From assembly GCF_964355755.1 (NCBI RefSeq), contig NC_092680.1, positions 15,509,045-15,573,044 on the forward strand: a stretch of DNA of 64,000 nt. Reading direction: 5' to 3'. Shown here piece after piece: positions 50,248-61,063 of the stretch. Below the pieces are notes generated by a model. The model ran no database searches and was not told where the DNA came from. It worked only from the letters and a program-made list of their open reading frames with translations. The position numbers and the translations under genes are program-made. Each line of letters begins with the position of its first letter. Position 1 is the stretch's first letter. The stretch comes from Antedon mediterranea (lineage: Eukaryota > Animalia > Echinodermata).

Positions 50248-52881
50248 AGTGATCCGACTCTGACTATGGGTATAATAATGATAATGAAAAAAAGCCTAAA
50301 TATGTTCCTTTCATGTTATGTCAAACACTCGATGAATTGTGTGAAAACCAAGGTATTTGACTACTGTACATTACCTAAATAGGAAACGCATGCATTGTAT
50401 GGTAACGATATTTCTGTAAATCAATAAACATTAGCAATTCTCTAAATATGTTGACCTCATCTATTCAAATCACCGGCAATCAACATCTAATTAAGCACAA
50501 CAACACAATCAATTCGTATCACAACAAAACTGTTTCTAATTGAGGAATTCATTATAAGAACACGATGCACTTCGCGTATAATATAATAATTGCAGGTTCC
50601 GTTCAGTAGTATAATAATTGCAGGTTCCGTTCAGTAGTGAGTATTATTTACATGCATTACCCAGGCTCGCCAAGTGGTTATGCCTTTGTTGCTCTCTGTT
50701 CCATTAAGATGTCTTGAATAGTAGTGGTAGTTACAATTTCGTACCGTTTTAAGTTGATATGTTTTACTTCTTGAAGATGATTTTTGTTTTAAAGAATACA
50801 GTTATTGTAGGAGCGTGTAACAAAAAGTCATAGGCCATGATAGTAGAATGCGCAGGTGATGCGGGAACTTTACAGGTCCACCCCTGGAATCGGTCTATCT
50901 ATCTAATGTTGGATAGGCCTACTTCACTTATAATAGGTAAATTAAATGTAATTTAAAAAGCTACAAACACAGTCAAAATACAATATCAATATTAGCCCAA
51001 ATATTTTCTTCTTAACGTCGGAATGAACGAAATTGCGATATTCGTAAGCTTTTATTTAACAATATTCGAACATTCTGTTGTGGGATTTGGACGAACCTAT
51101 TTAAATTTATGCTTAATCTTTGTCTTATTTCCGTTTTATAAATTTAGATCACCGTGCTTCTTGACCATAATAGTAATAACAAAATGGCTCCTAAATATTC
51201 GCACTTTAGTCCAAGAAATTCTAATAGAAAAGTAACTGTGTCATACGTCACGTATTTCGATAATTAATTTTCCGCCTGTCGAGTTATCGAAACCATTGTT
51301 ATAAAGACCCTTACGTCACGTGATTACATTTGTTTTGAAAATTATACGAAAGCGTATTTATATCATTATTATATGCCTCGCCAACAGAAAAAACGAACAC
51401 AGAACGTTATACGTTGATTTTTGTTTTATTCATCAAACCGCACACAAATAACAAATAAGTCATCTACATTATAAAAAGGAGCGTTGCTACATAAATTCGG
51501 CAGTGATTAAAACAACCATGGAAAAGATATTTAACGCTCATAAATTTAGTACTATTTTCTACACAATTTCAAGTGGATATTAAACCCCACTGTGTCGGTG
51601 TAGCATAATCGATAAAAATACAATATTTTTAAATTCACATAATTGTTAACAAAAGTTTCATTATAATTAATAATAATGCTCATTTGAATTTGATGAATTA
51701 ACTTTAAATTTGCATACGGTAAAGTTTAACTCAAATCTTACTTATATATTATTATTAATGTATATGACTTGAGTTCTTTTTAATGATCAAATTTAAATGA
51801 TATTTTAAAAGTGGTAATTATACGGTATACGTAATTTTAAACCATAAACATTGAGCGCTTACTAAAGAAAGCATTAACATGAAAGCATAATATAATAAAT
51901 CCATTAACATACAAATAAGGTGAACTATGAATTTCCTTACGATTCTAAAAAATCATAATTATCATAGCATGCACGCCTTTTTCGTTTATCTTTGTTTATA
52001 TATCAGAGAATGCAAAATCAAATCAAATGTTTTACGTTTGCTTGCTGGGCAACATAACAAAACCTATTTATTCAGTCCGTGACGTCATCAAACAAAAATA
52101 AATCGCATTCTTTTTTTATCAGTAAAATACAATTTAAAATATTTATAATATTGCATTCATTTTTTAAAAACAACTATAGCCATTAGCTTGTATACTGAAA
52201 CAATTCTCATTAAATGAAAAAAATATATATATTGTTTTTTTTTTTTATCTAAGCATTATATAAACCAATATTTTCTTTTGAATTGAATGTGTACGTCAAG
52301 AACATATTAAAAGTTATATATACAGAAACTATGCCCAAATTATAAAGGAACTTGCATAAACCAAATGTAGTATTACAAATGTATTTCGTAACATTAAAAC
52401 ACTCAAACATAATGATCTGCATAAATTAAGGCAATCGAAATATGTTCGCGAAAATATTTCTGCAACTGCAGCTATGCGCCTCATTAATACTAGACTATCA
52501 CGTGATCAGCCTAGATAATGTTATGTGTACACTGTGGCTCATATTTACTTAGTTTTCTGCATCATAAGCGTCACAAATCGGAAACAGTAAATGTTTTGCA
52601 AATCTCGTATTTATCTTTAAAGCTTCAATAAATTAGAACTAAAAAAGATGGTCTTGCTTTAACGTCTTGATTGACATGTATTTAGTTAGTTGTTGTCTCG
52701 TCTCAAAATACAACGAACCAAAGAATCAAAGTCGAAGAGGTAGCATAGATGTAAAAGACTTCTTTCCTTACATCACAAAACTGCTTTCGTAAACAAAATA
52801 TTTGAATTTCTGAATTTTCTCATTAAACAAAGTCTCATTTTTCTATATACTAACAGAAAAAGATACTCAAATCATACGTAA

Positions 52882-54171
52882 TCAAATTAACATTTGACGT
52901 TCCAAACGTTTGTAATATGAACCTACTGTAATAAAAAGAACGAAATATTTCATTAGCGAGCCGGCAGATAATCGATGACCCGTAGAAGGCATTAATACTT
53001 CACAGATATCATCATTCTGGAAACTTGAGCATAATTTATCATGTTTGTCGCAACGACACTGTTTCAGTTGAACACCGTCTGTGCTGTTGGAAAGTCTGTC
53101 CAGTGACAATCTACAGTCGAGGGTGCATTGGACGTCATTTGTATCTTTGGAGAACATGTCGTAGCTGCAGTTTGCTAGAAAATTAGACAGTGTAGTACTA
53201 CAGCTTGAAGAGCCATTTAGACAAGGCAACACTTCTGAGCAGGATGGATCAGGGACAGACTGCAGGCAGTATTCATACCTTTCAGCGTCCCTGTTACAGA
53301 TATCTGTGTGGTATGTTGGTAAAGAATCCTGGCAATCGCACTCGTACAAAAACTGATACCTTTCTTTCATTTGAGTCACTTTTATGGCACATTCACTAGA
53401 GCAGTTATACATTCCTTCACCATTAGTTTGATCACATTCAACCAATTCCAATAAATTTCCTCCCATAACATTTTGACAACGTAAATCACCATTGCAAAAC
53501 TGTTTCATTTTTTCTGTGCACATGGGTAGCATGGGTTCTGGATTTACCACGACAGATGTAGTATCTGAATAACTATATTCTGACATTGAATAATCAGGAC
53601 GTTGGCACTCTGTCTTGTTAATAAACTTGTGGCACCAGCCTTGTGATCTTTCATCACAAGTACAATCCCACAGTCCATCCGCGTCAGGGTTGAGTTTAAG
53701 TTCATTAAAATCAAACATACAGACGGTAGCACAACCTATCTCATATGTATCAAATTCATCGTTGCAACTGCTTAAATAATCGTTTAAGTTTGTTCTACAC
53801 GTAGAGCTATCATTGCAAACTTTGTACATTTTTGAGCAGCTATTCTCTGGTTCAAAACATATGGGTAGTCGTTGTCTATCTGCAAGACATTCGGTGGTAG
53901 AGTACAGCCCTACAACGTCCTGTTCACAATCGCAATCAACGAACCATGGATATTTCACTTTCATAAAGTTTACACGATCTTTACACTTATTCGAGCAAAC
54001 GTCTGTTCGGCCATTTCGGAGGTCTCCACAGTCTTCAGTTAATATTACAAAATTTGGAATCATTTGATTTGTAAATGCCATATCACTATTTTCTCGTGAC
54101 GATTGCTGACAATTAGAAATAACACTTGGTATAAATACTGCAAACGATAGCAGTATTTCTATATAAACCAT
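52882..54171 (-). CDS. GAS1/GDNF-receptor-alpha (GFRalpha)-domain cell-surface protein, 429 aa, four Cys-rich modules
   Basis: Uninterrupted 429-aa ORF with a signal peptide (MVYIEILLSFAVFIPSVIS). Modules have GDNF/GAS1-domain spacing, e.g. CSKMYKVCNDSSTCRTNLNDYLSSC...CATVC...LWDCTCD...C. Many N-glycosylation sequons; short hydrophobic C-terminal segment (YFVLFITVG). Confidence 0.85.
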   Translation of the reverse strand: MVYIEILLSFAVFIPSVISNCQQSSRENSDMAFTNQMIPNFVILTEDCGDLRNGRTDVCSNKCKDRVNFMKVKYPWFVDCDCEQDVVGLYSTTECLADRQRLPICFEPENSCSKMYKVCNDSSTCRTNLNDYLSSCNDEFDTYEIGCATVCMFDFNELKLNPDADGLWDCTCDERSQGWCHKFINKTECQRPDYSMSEYSYSDTTSVVVNPEPMLPMCTEKMKQFCNGDLRCQNVMGGNLLELVECDQTNGEGMYNCSSECAIKVTQMKERYQFLYECDCQDSLPTYHTDICNRDAERYEYCLQSVPDPSCSEVLPCLNGSSSCSTTLSNFLANCSYDMFSKDTNDVQCTLDCRLSLDRLSNSTDGVQLKQCRCDKHDKLCSSFQNDDICEVLMPSTGHRLSAGSLMKYFVLFITVGSYYKRLERQMLI

Positions 54172-57000
54172 CTTGTCTACTTGATTAAGGGGAATTTGAT
54201 GAAGGAAAATTTATGGAATGTTTCACTCAATTTGAAAACCGTTCTAAATATAAAATTAGAATAATTCTTCAGTAAAACAAAATAAACAATGTTTTTTTAT
54301 TAGCCAAAACAGTTTTACCTCTCCATCTTGTTGGTATATTTTCTCCTCGCTTTAACAGCACATATTACACTCACATAAATGGGATTCACCGTCCATTGAT
54401 TAGTAAAATACGCTACTGATAGTAAAATAGCTTATGAATATTCTACTCGAGCCCTTAGGAAAATCCGAATAATCGACATGAAATTGCAAATATCTAGCCG
54501 TGTATCTGCACCGTTATTCTGATCGTAGCTTGGACAATACACAGATATTAGACGCACTATGCAATTCCACACAAAGTCGAAGTAAAATACATTGTAACAA
54601 TCCTGTTGAGAAATCACCCGGAAAAACTGGGTCTTGGCGATCGTCTGAATGCAATCGTCTGCTCGTGTCAGTCCCGTGTAAGCGTGGCTAACATATCAAG
54701 CGTTAAATACCATAACGCGAAGAATGATAAGCGTGTGTACTGTAGCCTATACAGTCCTGGCGAGTAATGAAGCGATGCTTGGTAAAAGGACTGATTATCA
54801 GATGGCAATTTTATTATTGTAATGTGGCCAGTAACTGCATTTGGGAGAACTCAGTGCAGCTGCGACTGCGTAAATACTTGGCGCGCATTATGTTTACTTT
54901 CTGTATGACTCGTAATTTATCGTAAACAAATTGTTATTTAACTTGAATACACGCATTTATTTGTAAAGGTTTAAATTACAAAACACATTATAACAATTGA
55001 AAATAAATAAAATAATGAGGTATAATTTTTTTTTATATGCTGAATAAATATGCTGAACATAATTTAGAATTAAAAATTAAAAATAAATATTAAAATAATA
55101 GAGCGAAAAAAAAACCAAAACAAAAACTAATTGTTTGCCTGAAATTTATTTATGGAGATCATAATTATATATTAATATTGTTTTGTTACATAGGCCTAAG
55201 CTATATTAAATACTGTTGTAATTAGGCTAATTAGTAAGTTTATAATTAATGTTTTAACATAAATATTAGTAGGCACTATAGTATAGGATTTGGAAACAAT
55301 TCAGGTTACGCTGTAAACGATAACAGTGATTCGTTTTCCACATTTTAAGAGGAACGCAACGCAAGTATGGGTGTGTGGGATGAGGGGGTGTGGAGGAGGT
55401 GTATTTTAAAATGATAAATACATTTAAAATAAATACGTGTATTTGAGTATCACTGAGGTAACTTATAATATGCAGATTTTATATAGTGCACTTGTACTTT
55501 ATGGTTGGCTTAATTTCACGCTATGTTGATATACTAATAACTGAAAACCCCAACTTGTTTTCACTGCCTGCACGGCACGAAAGTTTAATGAGAATAAATA
55601 CACTGAGGGCGCTCATTACGTTTTTCAGTCTATGGAAGAATGCAAAAACGTTTTTTCAGTCTATGGAAGAATGCAAAAACGTTGACAGTCTAAGTTTATA
55701 CAAATTCTCCGTCAGAAATCCACACCTTGTGATCTGCGCAGCTCGATCAAGAGGTATTTGTCATTATTCGTGTGTTATTGGTATTTTGGCGACGTTTTCG
55801 TCCCATAAGTTATCTAAAAAGAAACTGAGAAAAGTTTTTTTCATCTTCTTCATTTGGCTCAAAACGGTTTTTTAAAATTAATTTTAAAGTCGTCATTTTA
55901 GAAACTTTATGCATTGAGAGCATAATTTGATTAATTCATTAGCAATTATGCAATTGATTTTGAGTTAATAGGATTGACATCATGTCTTTCTTTCATATTG
56001 TATAAATACCTACAGTTCTGCTATATTTTTTATTTAATTCATACAGAAGACAATATATTTACAATATTATTTTTATTAATAAAACTAAGATATGGTAATT
56101 TATACAACTCTTTTCCTCTCCTTACCTTCTATACCCATACACAACAATTTATAATCGTTTTTCTCTCAATAATAATATATTCTTTATAAAAAGGTAAACT
56201 TGTTCTTACAATATAAGATTCTATTTTACCAAGTTGACCTCCTATTATTAGTTTTCTGATCCAAGAACTATATACTATACTGTAGTTAAAATGTGTTACA
56301 TAGCGAAGTAGTTTTAACAAAGTTAATCTTAATCACTTCTGTAGAAAAAGAAAACCCGAAATAATGTTTTCAGTTATAAAATGACAAAATAAACAATTAA
56401 AATTCAACCAAAAACTCATTGGCTGGCAGCCAATTTCACTATTTTTTGCTTTAAATTACAGTTATTTAAAGTAAATTGTTTTTTTTTTTTGTCTATTTTT
56501 TGTCAAAGTGAATAACTATTAGGCCTATGTGACATAAAAATGATATATTCAACAGCAAAAAAATATTTTTTTAGGGGGACAATACATCTTTAACTACCGT
56601 ATCTTATACACAAAAACATAGGATTTGTTTTTTCAAGTTGAACTGGGCCTAGGCCTATAGACTACAATTTTCTGATTAAGTAAAATATAATGATAATATC
56701 CTGCAGTTGAATGGTCTTCTGGGTCTGGTCATTACGATGAGGATTATTTGTAATCTAAAAAAAAAAATGTATACTATTATATATAAAACAAAATTGATTA
56801 AATAATGTAAGTTAATGTATATTAGTCTATTTCTATCTAATGCTTTTTGAGAAATTGATTTCTGAATTTTTCTCTATGCCGTTAGTGAATGGCATAAGCT
56901 TCGGAATCTGGACAAAACGGATCTGTTGGCCAGGCGGACGACAATTACATAGAGGTAATAATGACAGCAGAAACAATACACTAAAAGAATGCTAACCTGA

Positions 57001-58776
57001 TCAGTCACGTCTCCATGGGCGTTCCCTACTATCACCATCATCATCACCCTTGTCGTCTTTGTCGTCGCCATCTCTATCACTGTCGCCATCTCCTTGACCA
57101 GGACGTTTAAGTGTCCATTCGATATAAATACCATCTTTACCATCATCGCCATGTTTATCCATCTCATGGCTATCCTCCTGTATGAGAACATTTAATTATT
57201 ATTATTAAAGACGCATACAGGAACATCAAATAATGGTATTATGATTTTTTTTCAGATTACAAAAAAACGTTGTGAAATTATTTAAAAAAAACATATACCG
57301 TATTCGAATAATCCCCCCCCCCCCCCACCCTTTCCATAACTTGAATAAACTCCCCTCCTCCTAGAACATAAATTATTTCATAAAAAACGCCCCGTCACAC
57401 ATCCATATATACACAATTTTGTATTATACTACAGGTTCAATTGTTAATAGAATTCATTGACTGCCATGATCAACAATAAATTTACCAAGCATTTTGATAC
57501 AATTTTATATTCATTATATTAATTAAATATAATTATATATTAATTGTGTTGTACTTATTATATTATACAAGTTACCACATTACATCCAAACGCCCCGGGA
57601 CGTTTATTCGTATAAATAAAGTAAAAATGTGATCGCTTGCCGTCAAATAATTATATATTTCAAAACATATAGGCCTAGTAATACACCCTTTACTCACCTC
57701 GTCATGATCTTCGTTAGCGTATCTACATCTAATGGCAAACATACCCATGAGGACAAGAAGCAATATCACAGCTATAGCAAGAAAGCCGAGAATCTTGAAA
57801 CCTTTTGTTTTTTTCACTTTAGTTGGAGGGCCGGTTGTTATCTGCAATAATTCAATGTGTATAATAATAAATAATAATGTTTATAATCTATATATAAATT
57901 TACGTAAGGGCAAAATTCGAAGCAAGCGTACCGTACCATCTAGTAACAAAATGACCACAAATAGGCATACTACCTGATTGCCCCTCTATAGCGGTTTTTA
58001 ATATAATCATTATAATATTTTAGTTATAGGCTAAACGTATCAATATCAATAACAGCATCACACACTGCACCGTGTTAAACAAAATGCGTCATAAATTCCT
58101 CGTTTATGCTTTGTCATTTTGCATTGTATAGGCCTACACCTTTTATTCCTATCGCCATTGTAGTGTAATCGTGGCATTGTGGTATAAAACGAATCACTGA
58201 ACCAGTTATAGTGACTAAGGGGCGCGCTGAGGGTCTAAATCCTAAATCCTTCCGACGAACATTATGACATTATGCCTATGCCTACATGGTATGACAGAAT
58301 GTATTACAGAAGAAATGTCATGTCATGCTATCAACAAGCGCTGTTTATATTGGTCATCTATTTAGAAAAGAATAACACTTTACATCATCAAATGATCATT
58401 TATGTAAAATTAACACTGGGTCATAACTGACAGAATCCGTTAGATGCCATTCTATTATCCAATTCTCAGTGCTGTACATCTCCAAATACAACACTATTGG
58501 ACAAGTATCATGCATGTAATGCTGTATTACCGAATATTTCTATGATACTGGACAAATATAGAGATAGGCTATAGGCCTACTGTACGTATAGAGAATCGGG
58601 TGCATTCTATCCGGAAATACCCGTGATATCAAGACCTGATTTTGATATTGATATATTCCTTGAAAATATACAATACATACCACAACAACAGATTCTTCTT
58701 TATTGAGATCCTCCTTGGCTTTGGTAACGGAGTCCTTACCGTGATCCTCGCTTGTTTTAGTTGTAGGTTTCACCAT
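57001..58776 (-). CDS. Uncharacterised 138-aa single-pass (type II) membrane protein with Asp/Gly-rich ectodomain (3 coding exons)
   Basis: Exons 58776-58681 (MVKPTTKTSEDHGKDSVTKAKEDLNKEESVVV|gtatgt), 57841-57698 (ttgcag|ITTGPPTKVKKTKGFKILGFLAIAVILLLVLMGMFAIRCRYANEDHDE|gtgagt) and 57177-57001 (catacag|EDSHEMDKHGDDGKDGIYIEWTLKRPGQGDGDSDRDGDDKDDKGDDDGDSRERPWRRD*). All junctions phase 0; start context aaaATGG. Probable 3'UTR intron 56996-56755. Confidence 0.75.
57887..57943 (+). mobile_element. 57-bp mini-Helitron (termini only) of the same family as 4121-5330
   Basis: A|TCTATATATAAATTTACGTAAGGGCAAAATTCG AAGCAAGCGTACCGTACCATCTAG|T; first 33 nt identical to the 5' end of the long copy. Confidence 0.85.
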
Positions 58777-59499
58777 TTTCAGTTACGTTTGGTATTCTGG
58801 TTTTTATAATTATGTTTAGTTAGTGCGCTTTCATTTCGTTGTGGAGCTATAGTCGAATTTTCTGAGTAATCATCATAACTAATTATAATAACAAAGTAAT
58901 TACTGAACCATTGGATATTTTAAAATACAGTGATCTCTCTGACGTGAGCTTATTGATTTGAATTGTTGTATTTTACGGTGGTACTATCTTAATGAATAAA
59001 TTATTATACCAAGGCAATCTAACAACAGCACACTGAGTTCGCCTCCTTTTCAACTCGTAACAGTGCTTTAACCTTATGTCTGGCTGCGACAAATACCAAC
59101 AGTACTATAGTACATTCTCAACGGTGTATGTGAGGTGAGGTGTAGAACTGACCGGGTCGCAGCCACATAAACCATTTGATCTCCGAGGCTCAGCATCATG
59201 TTGTTAGATTGTCTTGATTATAGTATTACCATTCATAATAGAAGGAAACAATATGATTCGGTAGGCCCTATAACTTTTTTATTGGCAGCACCTGCGTGTG
59301 TTTCCATCAGAATGATATATTAAATTATATTTAGGCCTAAACTAAATTGTTAATGTTAATTTATGTTAAATTAATGATAATTTGAATTTCTACCTTAAGT
59401 TGCTTTTGGTTCAAAAAATGATTTCTTGGCGAATGTAATTAGCGTGTAACTAAAATGTCTAGAGCTTTAGAATTATCTATCATAAAAGACAAACTCAAG

Positions 59500-59614
59500 T
59501 GGTAACGGGACGATTCGGCCCTGAGACGATTCGGCCCAGGGACGATTCGGCCCGGGACTATTTGGCCCGGGACGATTCGGCCCTGGGATGATTCGGCCCT
59601 GAGACGATTCGGCC
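59500..59614. repeat. 15-bp tandem repeat (gggacgattcggccc x7), probably a DNA transposon terminus
   Basis: Seven units following ggtaac. Confidence 0.85.
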
Positions 59615-60338
59615 CACTCAAATTTATTGACTTTGACAAGAATTTTAATTAATGTTGAAATAATGCCCTATCTTTGTAGACGTTTTCATAAGACTCCTTT
59701 TCACCGCAGTAGACTCACGCCGCCGTCCGAAATCTAATCCGAGTAAAGCAAGTAAAACATGCCTCATGATACGGAGAGAGTTAATTTAAACCTTTCATAA
59801 TATAAGATCTGAATAATCAAATAAACTGAATCACTTACAATACACAAACATGGTTTGGTGAAAATGATATCAATAATTTTTTTTTCTGTTTTTGCAAGAC
59901 CCATTTATAAAACACAACTAAATCATACATACAAGCATAAATAGAATAAAGCTAAAGTAGAAACGTTATTATTTCCTGCTATATAATTTATTGTTATCCA
60001 TCGGGATAAATCGATAGAGTATTAAATATTATCACCCTTTGTTTCTTTTAATATTCTGTTCTGTTAGGCCTATACCAGTACAATATAGTTCTTTCCACAA
60101 CTTTGGTCCATAAAATGTATAAATCTCGTCTGTTACAAGGTCCTATATTGTCACAATAAGCCTAACTATAAACATAATAAAGCGCAATGGTGATGCATTT
60201 GATCTTACATTTTCCATAAATCCTATGTCATTTAATTTGTGAATATTTTATCAGTTTTAAAATAGACAGAACAAGGGAGCTTTTACCCGTTGATATGTTA
60301 GTTCTGAAAAGAACTGTTGAGTTACTCGACGTTTCTCA

Positions 60339-60378
60339 CTCCTGAAGAAGATCAAAGCATATTGATCGAAATGTCGAG
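60339..60378 (+). ncRNA. Minimal type I hammerhead ribozyme within an inverted repeat (Penelope-like pLTR)
   Basis: CTC-CTGAAGA-A-GATCAA-agcata-TTGATC-GAAA-TGTC-GAG; inverted arms 60294-60335 and 60368-60409. Confidence 0.7.
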
Positions 60379-61063
60379 AAACTCAAGAGTTCTTTTCAGA
60401 ACTAACATACGTGGTGTACCGCAAACTTATATCAACATTTGATTTCGCCATGCAAACCTTCATACCTTTTACCTCATATAGTATTATAAATAGTGGTCGT
60501 GCACATTTAAAAGTGGTCTTAACGTGTATGTTTCTATTTATTTTTGAAAACATCGATTTTGACAATGAATGACATTAAGAGGTCATTTTAAAATCTAACC
60601 TTGTCAAATAAATATACAGAAAAACATACATATTTAATTTTTCATTATTATTATTATTAGATTTATCATTAATGAAAAATAATTAAAATGAAAAAAAAAA
60701 CCTCTAAATTAGATAGGCCTAATTTGTTGCTTCCCGTAATAGGCAATGAAACCTAGCTAAGTATATGTAAATTCCAGATGCTGGAAAATTGAAATAGATT
60801 CCATTTTAAAATAAGTATCCACTAAAATATACAATCTAAATGCTTATTATAAAAAAATTAATCACTTGATGTAATACATAACGGCAACAATTTAGAAAAA
60901 CAGTATCATACTGTTTTTCTAAATTGTTGATGATAAAACTATTCAATTCATTTGTTAAAATGGAAATTACAATGTTCCACATTCTAAATATAAGTGGGAA
61001 TCTAAACTATAGCACAATTTATTATATGCTGCATATGACAAATAATGCCCAGCAATTTTAACT

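Noticed and set aside
53205-54067. Short ORFs overlapping the GAS1-like CDS
   Set aside because: Shadow ORFs (antisense or alternative frame) of the real coding sequence.
56995-57003. Stop-codon readthrough of the acidic membrane protein (TGA TCA G|AT TAC AAA TAA)
   Set aside because: Would add only about 5 residues, and the context is not the TGA-CTA readthrough motif.
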